From Cylindrospermopsis raciborskii Cr2010 (GTDB lineage Bacteria > Cyanobacteriota > Cyanobacteriia > Cyanobacteriales > Nostocaceae), in the NCBI RefSeq assembly GCF_003367075.2, contig NZ_CP065936.1:1440001-1472000 (forward strand): DNA of 32,000 nucleotides, read 5' to 3'. The notes beneath the pieces are model-generated. The model was not told the origin of the DNA, ran no database searches, and saw only the letters and a list, made by a program, of their open reading frames with translations. Positions 1-10,469 of this stretch are shown one piece after another. Each line of letters starts with the position of its first letter. Position 1 is the stretch's first letter. Position numbers and translations under genes: made by a program.

Positions 1-82
1 CAGCGTAAAAATCCACCAGCACGGGTACATCGGATCCAGATAACATTTCTTCAAAGCTATTAAATTGTTTTTTAGTTGTCAT
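1..82 (-). CDS. Thioredoxin, N-terminal fragment cut by window edge
   Basis: Reverse strand from ATG at 82 reads MTTKKQFNSFEEMLSGSDVPVLVDFYA, a typical start of thioredoxin up to the strand preceding the WCGPC site. Confidence 0.8.
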   Translation of the reverse strand, partial: MTTKKQFNSFEEMLSGSDVPVLVDFYA

Positions 83-181
83 AACGGTACACACCTAACA
101 GTTACTGCTTTCTCAATAGTAGTTGGCAACCAACAAAAATCAACCAAATCCTTGCTAGTTAGAGTTCTATCATAAGATATC

Positions 182-1039
182 CTAACGGAGGGAGTAGGGA
201 ACAGAAAACTGCTCCACCAAGGGAGTATAACCCAACCATGGGGTTCCCGATTGAGAAAACTGTTGAGGAGACCCACTAACGACAAAACGAGTGGGCATAG
301 GTAAAAGGCGATTTTTGATGTTTAGTATTTCTAACTCTCGCTGACAGACCCTAACAACATGAACTGCAGGATCTACCAGATGGATGTGATTTGGTATGAG
401 AGTCTTTATTATAGGTTCAAGTAAAGGATAATGAGTACATCCATAGATTAAAGTATCTATTTCCTGTGCTAATAAAGGTTCTAAATAGGATTTAGCAACT
501 GCAAGAGTGTAGGGGTCATGAAGGCGATTTTGTTCGATTAAGGGAACAAATTCAGGACAACTTACTTGCCATACCTGAACATTAACTTTAAGTTCCATTA
601 TTGCCTGACGATAGGCATTACTTTTAGCTGTGGCAGGAGTAGCAATCACACCAATACGTTTACCCACATTTACAGCAAACTTAGTAGCAGGTGAAATCAT
701 CCCCAAAATGGGGAATTTATATTCCAAACGAACCGTTTCCAAAGTGAGAGCGGAACTGGTGTTACAGGCCATAATCACCATTTTCACCCCTTGTTGTTCC
801 ATCCAATTGAGTATTTCCCTGACATATCCTAAGATTTCTTTTTGGGAGCGGATACCATAGGGAAGATGGGCCGTATCCCCAAAATAAATAACCGACTCAT
901 TGGGTAGTTGCTGATAAACCTGTCGCAGGACAGTTAACCCACCCACACCACTGTCAAACACACCAATGGGAGAGCAGCTGGGAATTTCCTGAATGGAAAA
1001 TGCTTGGGAATTACCTTCAAAAACGGGATATGAGTGCAT
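182..1039 (-). CDS. murI: Glutamate racemase
   Basis: 285 aa; motifs IGVFDSGVGGLTVLRQV, ACNTSSALTL, YGCTHYPLL, characteristic of MurI. Confidence 0.95.
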   Translation of the reverse strand: MHSYPVFEGNSQAFSIQEIPSCSPIGVFDSGVGGLTVLRQVYQQLPNESVIYFGDTAHLPYGIRSQKEILGYVREILNWMEQQGVKMVIMACNTSSALTLETVRLEYKFPILGMISPATKFAVNVGKRIGVIATPATAKSNAYRQAIMELKVNVQVWQVSCPEFVPLIEQNRLHDPYTLAVAKSYLEPLLAQEIDTLIYGCTHYPLLEPIIKTLIPNHIHLVDPAVHVVRVCQRELEILNIKNRLLPMPTRFVVSGSPQQFSQSGTPWLGYTPLVEQFSVPYSLR

Positions 1040-1076
1040 AGGGGAATGGGTTCAGGGACTACTATAGAATAATAGT

Positions 1077-2948
1077 TCATCTTTGTTTTAAATACTGGAG
1101 AATTCCCTGAGCAATGGCCTGGGCCATTTGATTTTGGTAGGTAGACCTTTGTAAATTAGCCACATCCTCTTCTCCCGTTAGATAACCAAGTTCTACCAAA
1201 ATCGAGGGTATAGAATTTTTTCTCAGAACATAAAACCTTGCCTTCCTTACTCTTCTGTCCCTGACATTGACATTTTGCAAAATTTTGTTGTGAACAGTTC
1301 GTGCTAAGTCTAAACCACTATCATAATAATAGGTTTCTAATCCGCTAACTTCAGGACGATTAAGACCTGCTGAGTTAGCATGAATACTAACAAATATATC
1401 AGCTCCAGTGCGCTGTGCCATTTCCACCCTTCCTGGAAGGGTGACAAAGTAGTCAGCATCTCTGGTTAATACGGTCTCTACGCCATTTTCTTGCAGAATT
1501 TTAGCAATTCTTAGGCTAATGGGCAAAATAATATCTTTTTCCTGCACTCCAGCAATCCCTATAGCTCCTGGATCTTTGCCACCATGTCCTGGATCAATCA
1601 TGACTAGCAATTTACCCTTGGGGGTAGTGCGACGAGGACGAGGTTGGGGATTGGTTTCTGGTTTGGCGTTGGGATCTGGTAAGTGATTACTTCCACCCTG
1701 ATCTAGGGGGGGTAAGCCAATTGGCGATCTTACCTGACTGGTCCTTTGGATTGGCAAAGACAACATTCCGTTGCTAGTTTGACCAAGTTGACCAATACGA
1801 ACTCCTGATGCTGGTTGTACTAGAATAATTACATTGTTTAACGTCCCAGACTGGACACGCACTCCCAATACTGGACTGTTAGGTGGTAGATTGACTCTGG
1901 AAGCTTGAGGTGCTAATTTGGCATTATTAATACTAATGCGAAACATGGCGGAACCTCTGTCCCAACCTGTAGTTACAGATGATTTCTGACCGCCTTTAAT
2001 TAATAATTCTGTGCCATTGTCGCTTAACTGCACCGATTCAATGGTATCAGTCCCGGTCTCATTATTATTTTCTACGTCATTAACATCAGGAAAATTAGGA
2101 GTTAGGGTTTCACCTCCCTCCCGTGAGTTAACAAATCCCTTCACTGGTAAAATCACCAGTCCATCACCAACAGTGCTTACTTCCCAATCGGGACTTTTTG
2201 CATCCACCTTAAAGCTAACTTGCACCGTGCTAGGAGTAGTTCGCAATTGGATCAGCTGAACCCGAGTAACGCCATGGCGATTAACCAAGATGCTTCTTGC
2301 TGTTAATTGTGGAGACAAACTTGCACCCACAATATTCATGAAGATGGTAGTCCGGTCAACACTGCGGTTGATTCTAGCTTGGGGGGAGATACCACTAGTG
2401 CGAATAAAGAAACCATCTCCAGTAGTTTGTAATTTTTCAACTTGGGTTTTTCCCGCTGAAGAAAACTCTGGTGGAGATTGGGTAGAATCTATAGTTGCTA
2501 AATTATAATTGGAATTGTCATCTCTATTATTGTTATCCTGTGGGGTGTTGGAGGATACCCGCTCTAGTTTTGGCAGTTGTACTATCCAGCGACTACCACT
2601 GACGGGTGTAAACTTGATAGCTTGAGGGTCAACCGTATAACCCGGATTAAATTCCACTACTACACGGGTAGTTTGGGGATCAAATTGTCCTATGCGAACC
2701 ACACGAACCCCACCACCTATGGGTCGAGCAACTTGGGGTTGACCAAATTTGGTGTTCGGTAAATCAATCACCAGTCGCGTAGGGTTAAAAACTAATTGAG
2801 CTTGTGGTTGAACAGGTCTAGTTGTTCTAATTTCTAGCTTGTTTTCGTTAGCATCAAACCGCCAAGAGTCAAATTGAGCCGCTAAACTAGGTGAAGACAG
2901 TAAAAGAACTGTTCCAATTGTTCCCGTTAGTAAGTAGTGTAGTCTCAA
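1077..2948 (-). CDS. N-acetylmuramoyl-L-alanine amidase with N-terminal AMIN domain(s) and C-terminal amidase_3 domain
   Basis: 623 aa; secretion-like N-terminus; AMIN-like beta-rich region; VMIDPGHGGKDPGAIG, SIHANSAG, SILVELGYLT catalytic motifs. Confidence 0.92.
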   Translation of the reverse strand: MRLHYLLTGTIGTVLLLSSPSLAAQFDSWRFDANENKLEIRTTRPVQPQAQLVFNPTRLVIDLPNTKFGQPQVARPIGGGVRVVRIGQFDPQTTRVVVEFNPGYTVDPQAIKFTPVSGSRWIVQLPKLERVSSNTPQDNNNRDDNSNYNLATIDSTQSPPEFSSAGKTQVEKLQTTGDGFFIRTSGISPQARINRSVDRTTIFMNIVGASLSPQLTARSILVNRHGVTRVQLIQLRTTPSTVQVSFKVDAKSPDWEVSTVGDGLVILPVKGFVNSREGGETLTPNFPDVNDVENNNETGTDTIESVQLSDNGTELLIKGGQKSSVTTGWDRGSAMFRISINNAKLAPQASRVNLPPNSPVLGVRVQSGTLNNVIILVQPASGVRIGQLGQTSNGMLSLPIQRTSQVRSPIGLPPLDQGGSNHLPDPNAKPETNPQPRPRRTTPKGKLLVMIDPGHGGKDPGAIGIAGVQEKDIILPISLRIAKILQENGVETVLTRDADYFVTLPGRVEMAQRTGADIFVSIHANSAGLNRPEVSGLETYYYDSGLDLARTVHNKILQNVNVRDRRVRKARFYVLRKNSIPSILVELGYLTGEEDVANLQRSTYQNQMAQAIAQGILQYLKQR

Positions 2949-3116
2949 ATCCCTTCTCCTATATTTAACATCATAGACTTAATCAATATCCCAATCTGAG
3001 AATTTTGCCAAGTCGCGGTTGCCAAGTCTGTAGATAACCATCTCCTGGCTAGGACTATATGTCGGGACGGTAATATACAAATATAAGTTTCAAGTTTCCC
3101 CATTTCCCCATTTCCC

Positions 3117-4511
3117 CTATACCTCTGAGGTGGAATCTATTGCAACCGAAGATTCCCCTTGGGGAAAGACAACTCGTAATAGGGGGGGAGCTAAAAAGGT
3201 GGTGATAATTACCATCATAATGATTGCTGCTCCTAAAGGTTTGGAAAGCACTCCACTAGCTGCACCAACTCCCGCAAATACTAACCCTACCTCACCTCTG
3301 GGAATCATACCTACACCAATGGCTAAACGGTTAATACCTGGCTGACCAAAAACGGCTAAACCTGTAATCACTTTACCAATAATCGCTATTGTAATCAGGA
3401 AGGTAGCCATCACCAGTCCTTCTCTATTGGTTGGTATAGCTGGATTTAACACTCCTAAATCTGTTTTCGCTCCTACTGCTACAAAGAAAATTGGCACTAG
3501 CATGTCCGCAATTGGTATAACTTGCTTTTGCAGTTCCTTTCTCTTTTCTGTTTCCTCTAAAACTAATCCAGCTGCAAATGCTCCTAATATCGCTTCTAGA
3601 TTAATGATATCCGCCAGGTAGGACATGATAAACGCAAAAATAAAAGCGGGAATTACCACTCCCCCCCTGGTCTTCAACATATCCGCGATCGCCACGAAGG
3701 ATTTATTAAAAACATTACCAAGAATTACGGCACCAATAATAAATCCAGTAGCGCTGGCTATTAAATAAATTACGTTACCCACATCCACTGCGCCATCTTT
3801 AGCTAAACTAGCAACTACCGCCAAAACGATAATTCCTAAGATATCATCTATGACAGCTGCACCAAGGATAATTTGTCCTTCTTTGGAATTCAACCTACCA
3901 ATTTCTGAAAGCACTCTGGAGGTAATACCAATACTAGTAGCAGTTAAAGCTGCACCAGCAAAAATAGCAGGTACTGGAGCAATGCCAAAGATGATCATCA
4001 ACCCTGCAGTACCCGCTGCAAAGGGAACAGCTACTCCTACCACTGCGACAACAAACGCTTGAATGCCAACTTCCATCAAATCTTTTAAGTTGGACTCCAA
4101 CCCTATTTCAAACAGAAGAATAATTACACCCAATTCTGCTAAAACGGAAATCACCTCTGATTGAGCAGCAAATACTGCGGGTGTAGCTTCTGGTGTTAAC
4201 CCAGCGGTAATTTGCAAGAAGGACATAATCAAGGAACTGGAGCTATCAGTACCACCTTCTGGAAATACTAGCAAGTGTAGAACTGATGTACCAACAACCA
4301 CACCTCCAACTAATTCACCCAGAACCGGTGGAAATCCTAATTTGTTGGATAGTTCGCCCCCTAACTTACTAGCTAGGTAAATAACTACTAAACTGAGGAG
4401 AACTGCTGCTACCACGATGGTATTGTCCACCGACTCATTGGTAGAGCTGGCCAACAGGGGAATAGTAAACTTGGTGAAAATGGTCACATCAACTGTATTT
4501 ATGAGTGGCAT
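3117..4511 (-). CDS. Cation:proton (Na+/H+) antiporter, CPA2/KefB-like membrane protein
   Basis: 464 aa, many TM segments; LGELVGGVVVG, TSIGITSRVLSE, GAAVIDDILGI, GLVFAGVG motifs. Confidence 0.9.
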   Translation of the reverse strand: MPLINTVDVTIFTKFTIPLLASSTNESVDNTIVVAAVLLSLVVIYLASKLGGELSNKLGFPPVLGELVGGVVVGTSVLHLLVFPEGGTDSSSSLIMSFLQITAGLTPEATPAVFAAQSEVISVLAELGVIILLFEIGLESNLKDLMEVGIQAFVVAVVGVAVPFAAGTAGLMIIFGIAPVPAIFAGAALTATSIGITSRVLSEIGRLNSKEGQIILGAAVIDDILGIIVLAVVASLAKDGAVDVGNVIYLIASATGFIIGAVILGNVFNKSFVAIADMLKTRGGVVIPAFIFAFIMSYLADIINLEAILGAFAAGLVLEETEKRKELQKQVIPIADMLVPIFFVAVGAKTDLGVLNPAIPTNREGLVMATFLITIAIIGKVITGLAVFGQPGINRLAIGVGMIPRGEVGLVFAGVGAASGVLSKPLGAAIIMMVIITTFLAPPLLRVVFPQGESSVAIDSTSEV

Positions 4512-4685
4512 TGGTTTTATAAATGTTTATGAGTTTTTTGTCCTTACCTTTTTATATCACTTTCTTTATATTTTTTATCTGTGGTTTCAAATCAGATCGA
4601 TATTCCAGTATATATCAAGTATAAACTGAAATATCGATATTTTTAAACTTAAACTATAGCTTTAGATGCTGTAGTTTAAGCAAGA

Positions 4686-7600
4686 CTAAACAAAACTGAA
4701 GTTACTGACAGTAAGTGTGCTAGTATTTACTCCAATTAAGGTAGCTATAGTGTTGCCATTGATGATAATGTCGTTATTGGTTAAGGTTAGATCCTTAAAG
4801 CCAAAGCTCTGGACTTGACCGCTAATACCCAAAACATCAGTACCAATCTGAAAATCCACAATGGTATTGGCAAGGTTTTTGTTGTCAACTTTGGGGATAT
4901 CACCGGTAGCGATCCAAAACTGGTCTGCACCAGCACCACCGGAAATTAAATTGCCCCCACCTTCGCTAACAAAGAATTTATCATCTCCATCACCACCTAA
5001 AGCGCGACCATTCACACCTAGGTGAAAAACGTCATTACCAGATCCACCGGAAAGGCGATAGTCCTTGGCATCTGTAGCGTAGATTTCATCATCCCCACTA
5101 CCACCAAAAATGCGATCGCCATTACCTGCGTATATAACGTCTTTGCCACTACCTGTGTGAATAGTATTTTCGCCCCTGGGAAAACCTTCCAAGGAGGTAT
5201 TGAGAGTAGTGTCTACCTCATCATTTCCAGAACCGGTAAAGATTAGGTCTTTAATACCATCAGTTTGGGAAGGAATTACCACAACATCACGATCCGTGGT
5301 GCCAAAGACCAACTGGGATGCTTGGGGAACATTATTGGCATTTGGTTCCACCTCAAACTGACTGACAATTTGGGGTTGCAGATTGATAATAGCATTAGGA
5401 TCAGCAACTAACTCAGCTTCAGTATAGGGTTTGATTCCATAAGTAGTGACCGTTAGCTTTTGAGTAGTTGGGTTGATGTTAAATTCCGTCCAACCGTAGG
5501 TGTGAGTCGCAATATAGTCTCCTTGTAGTAACTTAGAGTTAATTAACCCATCAACTTGAGAAAGGTTGTTGTTTAAACCTATTGGATCGTAGCCAAAAGG
5601 TTGTAATCCATTGTTGATAGCTTGTTTAATGAAATCATCCTTGTCATTTACAACACTATCCCCATCACTAATTGTAGGTAAGGAATCATAAAATGCCTTT
5701 TGCTGTGGTGTTAGGAATAAACCAGCCACTGTTGGTCCAAAGGGAGCATCGTAAGCTACGGAACCAGTAATAATTTCCCAGGTATTGGTAGGAATTTGAG
5801 CTTGACCGGGTGCGGTTTGATAGGTGAGATTATTTACTATTGTACCGTGGAAATCAGCAGTAACAAAAACAACGTTTTTAATTTTGTTGTCATCGATAAA
5901 CTTGAGAAGTTCCGTTCTTTCAGCTGCATATCCTTCGTAGCGGTCACTTGCTGCTGCTACACCCAGGTTTTGGATTGGTCCTGACAACATGATAAACTTC
6001 CAGGTTATACCGCTGTTGCTTGCGCGCAGGAGGTCTTTTTTGAGATCTTCCACCTGTGGTCTTCCCAACAGGGTGCGATTGGGATTAAAAGACTGGGCCA
6101 GGAAATTGCCAACCTGAGTTGAATCACCTGGGTTGGTAACGGGGGGTAGTTCCGTATCTCGGAAAGAGCGAGCATCTAATACAAAAGTAGCTGCGTCACT
6201 ACCATAGGTGTTATAGCGATAGAGTTTCCTTTCTCCATCAATTCTACTATCACCGGTTTGACTATAAAACTGATCGCTAATGGGGTTATACTCTTGGAAA
6301 GCCTGCAACCCATTTTCATAGAAGGGATTGTCATTGGTTAAACCCGTGCCAGAAGGAGACATACCAGCAAAGTCATTGTAAACCTCGTGGTCATCTATAG
6401 TAGTTAAAATGGAGGTAGATGCTCTTAGGTCTCCCCAGGTATTTTGTCCATAGCGTAGTCCGTATACTTCAGAGTGTTTAGCTCGATAGTCTTCTAGGGT
6501 AGTAGCTTGAGGTATTTCCACTCCCTTGCTATCCTTGAGTCCTGGTGAGGGAACGTCAGCATAAATGGTATCTCCCAGTTGGACAAAGAATTTCAAATTA
6601 GCTGTATCCGCATTATTAATGGCTGGATAGGGCGCTAATTCACCACGCCAGTCACCCGAGACTCCAAATTTCAACCCAGCTCTAGTTGTGGAGGTAGCTG
6701 CTGTGCTAAACTTACCAGTAGCAGTTCCACCACTTACATCGCTGACCCGATAGTAGTAATTGGTTCCCGGTGTAAGTCCATCTACTAATACTTTAACTGG
6801 TTGAGTAGTATTGGTTACGTTGACTGTCTTTTTGCCAACTATGGTACTAAAGTCTGGAGTTGTACCATATTCAAAGGTCACCTGTCCGGTGAAAAGACTG
6901 CGGGTCCAGAGAATGGTAGAAGTTTGGGTGGTGTCACCGCTAGCAACTCCGTTAACTAGGGACTGGGCTATGGGAGTGCGGGGATTGAAAGTGGTAGTAT
7001 CAATTTTTAAAGATGTGGGGAAACCATTGGCAATATTTTCCCAGGGGACCAATTTAAAATTGCTGTTGATGTTCTCACCATCAGTAATTTTAGCGGGTTC
7101 GTTATTGCCATCTTGAGTGACAAATAAACCCATGGGGAAATTAGCGCCTAGGGGTAGATTAATCACATCTGCACCATCAGACTCCTGCACGCTATCAATT
7201 GCGCCATTACTGCCAACAGCAAATCTCCCCAGAAAATCATTGCTACCTTCACGGGTGTAAACGGCAAAGCTGTTATCACCTTGGCTAGATGCTAATAGGT
7301 AACCGGTGCCATTTTTGCCATAGTAAATTGTGAGACCCTCCGCATCATCTGTAAGGTTTTGACCACCTTCAAATTTAACCTTATCTACCAGTTTACCAAC
7401 GTTGCTACCATTGGGTTCTGCATCGAATTTCCAAATTCCCACATCCTCCTGACCAATGTAAACAAAGCCCATTTCCTGGTCTGCTACCATACCCTCGGTT
7501 TGAGCAGAACGGGTAGAATCACTAGGAGCAGGAATGGTAAATTCTCTAACTCGTTCATAGCCTACTTTGCCATTACCTTTGTCAATCAGTTTAAATTGAG

Positions 7601-10469
7601 CCACATCTCCCGTTTGACGACGGGAAGCAAACACGTAGTAATCTTTAGTTGCCAGGCTACGGTAAATAGTTATTCCGTAGGCGCTGCGGGATGATGATGA
7701 GTAAGGAGCAACAAAGGGTAAGCTTTGAAACAGAGTAGTGACACTACTATCAGTGATGTTCTCTAAATAGTTCCCACCTGTTCCCTGGGGATTAATTTTG
7801 AAAATCACCAACTTGTCGTTTTGGCGATCGCTTGCTACCGCAATATCTATCTTTTCTCCACCCAGGGTGAAGCCATATTGGAGATCAATATTATTGTAGC
7901 GAATTGACCCAGGATTAATTTCCTGTAATAATTTGCCCGTTAGGTCATAGACTCGCAGTCCAGCATTTTTCACCGCTGTTAAAATGATACTCTTACTGGG
8001 GTCTTGACTATTGACGTAAATGGCTGGGTCATCCGCATCTGCTCTTTGAGATGTTGGTAAAGTAGGATCATCAAATAAATCCGGGCGGGTTTCTACCGTG
8101 GGAATTACAGTAGGTAATAGTTCCCCACCCAGAGTGAGGATCTGGGTAAATTGGGTCGCACCAAAATTATTGTCACTGACCAATACTATGGACTGACGAC
8201 CATCAGCTAATCGGGGGCCAAAGCTCAATCCTTCTATATTGTCCGTTCCCGTAGGATGGTTCCCATCACTATTGGGTAAATTTAGGGTATCAAGGTTGAG
8301 GACCAGGCGTTTTTGTACAGGTTGAATCGCTGCTAGTTGATCACTAGTTATTCCACTCAAGGAATTAATTGTAGTGATATCCGTTGCTCCTTGAAGAGTC
8401 ACTTCGTAGATCTTGATGGTGTTACCTTGTCCCACCGCAAAAGACCTTTCCAAGGCTAATAGAGTACCACGATTGTCAATCGCTAGTAAGTCCACTAACC
8501 CACTATCTGCTGCTGTACCACCTGTAGGTGCTTTGGCGATCGCATCTGCCAAGTATAAATATTCTTTTTCCGGTTGTCCAGTAACTAAATTATACTGAAT
8601 AACACGAGAACGACTAGGAGCGGTTAAGGACGTGCGATCGCCATCTTGTAGTAAGGCATTTTCCGTGGCGGTATATAGAGTTTTTTGGTCAGGGGAAATA
8701 GTCAAACTTTCAAAAGCCAAGTTATTGCGCACCCCGGATGTTTGAGTATCACCAGTATTAACGACCCCGTCACCATTAGTATCTTGAACCACAGGTAAGA
8801 ACTTGCTGGGAACAAGCAAGGTTCTAATTTCCTTTCCTGTAGTCAAATCAAACTCTTTAATAAAGGGGTTGGTGACACGACCTGCTGAGGGATTAGCCTC
8901 ACCTTCAGAGGAAATAAACACAGTTCCATTGCTAGTGAGAGCAATACCCTCTGGGCCAAGACTCAAGGCTGGGAATAAATTACCACTGGTATCCGTAATC
9001 GGAGTAACATTAGTAAAGGTGATGTCACTAGTAGCAGGATTCAGGGTAAAAGTATAAAATCGAGCTGGACCAAATTGGGAACGGTCATCAGAGATAGCAT
9101 AAAAGAGACCTTTAGCCACATCATAGACAACACCGGATAAACCACCCATGGGGGTGTCTGTGCCATTAACTTTTCCTGGAGTACCGGGGGGGATAAAACC
9201 AGTGACAAAGGTTTTTTGACCCACAAACTTTAGATTGGGAACTGTCTTTCCTCCCGGGGTTGGGTCAACTTGAATATCAGCCAGTACTAGGCGATGATCG
9301 GAGCTGGGAAAACCACCAGGTAAGCTAGAATTAAAGGTTCCTACCAGTGCAAAGTTAGGGTCAGTATTAACCGGCCAAAAAACTGCTGAATTGGCAATTT
9401 TGAGATCCGTAGAAGGTAAAACATAATCTGAACGTAAGTTACCGGGGGTTGTATCAGCAAAATCAGATGTATCAAAAGCTGGGTTGCTCCGGTGATTGAC
9501 ATTTGCTCCTCCCTGTAAGGTTGACTGTTGCACAGCGCCTAAACTGGTAGGGATAAAATTGGTATTAATATTAGGATTTTGGAGCAATTGCAAAATGGCC
9601 TGATTGTAGCTGTCTCCATCCTGGGGATCGGCATTTTCATCGCCCATAATGACAAAACTAGACCCAGATGCTAAACTACCTTTTTTACCCGTGTCATCAT
9701 AGATATAGTCCCCCTTACCAGGAGTTATATAGTCACTCCAAAATCTAATTTCATCGTAATTACGTTTGCCATTACGGTCTTCTGTACCGTCAAATACGGG
9801 TGGAGTGGGGTGACTAACTAGAACGTGAATGGTTTGATTACCAATCTTGATGGGTACATCCCAATGACTTTTGGAAGAAAGACGTAGTACGGCAATTTCT
9901 TCGGGTGAATAAAAGCTACCAAGATTTTCATTAACTGTGGTAGTAGCAGGATTATCTACCGTGGGGTCATTAGTTAATAAATTGCCTGGCATATCCTTCC
10001 ATAAGAAGTTTTGGAAGGTGCGAACATTTGCCGTGTCAATTTCATACTTAGACAGTAATAACATGCCAAACTGCCCAGGGAAATTACCAAATCCAAAGGA
10101 ATCATCACCATATCCAGCAGCACCAGGTGTTGTGACCACTGCACCATTGTTATTTAAGTCAAATCCAGAAGCAATACCAGTATTAGAAGGAGCAATATAG
10201 AAGTACGGGTAGGTGATGGGTGTTGCTCCATTTTGACTCACACCAAGATAATTCTGTTGCAAAAGTTGAATAGCTTGGGTGGGATTGGTTTGAACGTAAT
10301 CAAATTCATTAATTAACAGTACATCTGGGTTAGCGCGTTGAATTATTTCCGCTACTGATTTGGCCTGGGCATTAGTAGTGGTAGATAAATCTGTAACTAA
10401 CTGATTGCTAGTATTACGGTTAAGGGAAGCATTGAACTGGGAAAAACGGACTGTTTTAATAGTTGCCAT
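4686..10469 (-). CDS. Giant multi-domain phosphoesterase: endonuclease/exonuclease/phosphatase domain + phytase-like esterase + beta-propeller 3-phytase + PhoD-like alkaline phosphatase + C-terminal RTX Ca-binding repeats
   Basis: 1927 aa. EEP: NPDVLLINEFD, VIMGDENADPQDGDS, SDHRLVLADI. Phytase-like: TPMGGLSGVVYDVAKGLFYAISDDRSQ. BPP: RADADDPAIYVNSQDPSKSIILTAVKNAGLRVYDLTGK. PhoD: FFVQLGDTIYAD, TTIDDHEVYNDF, FVTADFHG. RTX: GSGKDVIYAGNGDRIFGGSGDDEI. Confidence 0.9.
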   Translation of the reverse strand: MATIKTVRFSQFNASLNRNTSNQLVTDLSTTTNAQAKSVAEIIQRANPDVLLINEFDYVQTNPTQAIQLLQQNYLGVSQNGATPITYPYFYIAPSNTGIASGFDLNNNGAVVTTPGAAGYGDDSFGFGNFPGQFGMLLLSKYEIDTANVRTFQNFLWKDMPGNLLTNDPTVDNPATTTVNENLGSFYSPEEIAVLRLSSKSHWDVPIKIGNQTIHVLVSHPTPPVFDGTEDRNGKRNYDEIRFWSDYITPGKGDYIYDDTGKKGSLASGSSFVIMGDENADPQDGDSYNQAILQLLQNPNINTNFIPTSLGAVQQSTLQGGANVNHRSNPAFDTSDFADTTPGNLRSDYVLPSTDLKIANSAVFWPVNTDPNFALVGTFNSSLPGGFPSSDHRLVLADIQVDPTPGGKTVPNLKFVGQKTFVTGFIPPGTPGKVNGTDTPMGGLSGVVYDVAKGLFYAISDDRSQFGPARFYTFTLNPATSDITFTNVTPITDTSGNLFPALSLGPEGIALTSNGTVFISSEGEANPSAGRVTNPFIKEFDLTTGKEIRTLLVPSKFLPVVQDTNGDGVVNTGDTQTSGVRNNLAFESLTISPDQKTLYTATENALLQDGDRTSLTAPSRSRVIQYNLVTGQPEKEYLYLADAIAKAPTGGTAADSGLVDLLAIDNRGTLLALERSFAVGQGNTIKIYEVTLQGATDITTINSLSGITSDQLAAIQPVQKRLVLNLDTLNLPNSDGNHPTGTDNIEGLSFGPRLADGRQSIVLVSDNNFGATQFTQILTLGGELLPTVIPTVETRPDLFDDPTLPTSQRADADDPAIYVNSQDPSKSIILTAVKNAGLRVYDLTGKLLQEINPGSIRYNNIDLQYGFTLGGEKIDIAVASDRQNDKLVIFKINPQGTGGNYLENITDSSVTTLFQSLPFVAPYSSSSRSAYGITIYRSLATKDYYVFASRRQTGDVAQFKLIDKGNGKVGYERVREFTIPAPSDSTRSAQTEGMVADQEMGFVYIGQEDVGIWKFDAEPNGSNVGKLVDKVKFEGGQNLTDDAEGLTIYYGKNGTGYLLASSQGDNSFAVYTREGSNDFLGRFAVGSNGAIDSVQESDGADVINLPLGANFPMGLFVTQDGNNEPAKITDGENINSNFKLVPWENIANGFPTSLKIDTTTFNPRTPIAQSLVNGVASGDTTQTSTILWTRSLFTGQVTFEYGTTPDFSTIVGKKTVNVTNTTQPVKVLVDGLTPGTNYYYRVSDVSGGTATGKFSTAATSTTRAGLKFGVSGDWRGELAPYPAINNADTANLKFFVQLGDTIYADVPSPGLKDSKGVEIPQATTLEDYRAKHSEVYGLRYGQNTWGDLRASTSILTTIDDHEVYNDFAGMSPSGTGLTNDNPFYENGLQAFQEYNPISDQFYSQTGDSRIDGERKLYRYNTYGSDAATFVLDARSFRDTELPPVTNPGDSTQVGNFLAQSFNPNRTLLGRPQVEDLKKDLLRASNSGITWKFIMLSGPIQNLGVAAASDRYEGYAAERTELLKFIDDNKIKNVVFVTADFHGTIVNNLTYQTAPGQAQIPTNTWEIITGSVAYDAPFGPTVAGLFLTPQQKAFYDSLPTISDGDSVVNDKDDFIKQAINNGLQPFGYDPIGLNNNLSQVDGLINSKLLQGDYIATHTYGWTEFNINPTTQKLTVTTYGIKPYTEAELVADPNAIINLQPQIVSQFEVEPNANNVPQASQLVFGTTDRDVVVIPSQTDGIKDLIFTGSGNDEVDTTLNTSLEGFPRGENTIHTGSGKDVIYAGNGDRIFGGSGDDEIYATDAKDYRLSGGSGNDVFHLGVNGRALGGDGDDKFFVSEGGGNLISGGAGADQFWIATGDIPKVDNKNLANTIVDFQIGTDVLGISGQVQSFGFKDLTLTNNDIIINGNTIATLIGVNTSTLTVSNFSFV

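Noticed and set aside
79-285. 68-aa forward ORF at the left end
   Set aside because: Lies mostly in the thioredoxin/murI promoter gap and overlaps murI antisense; low-complexity translation.
6811-9226. Antisense and short ORFs within the megaenzyme gene (e.g. 6811-7116, 7359-7694, 8413-8598, 8803-9057, 9041-9226)
   Set aside because: All overlap a long, motif-supported CDS; translations look like shadow frames.
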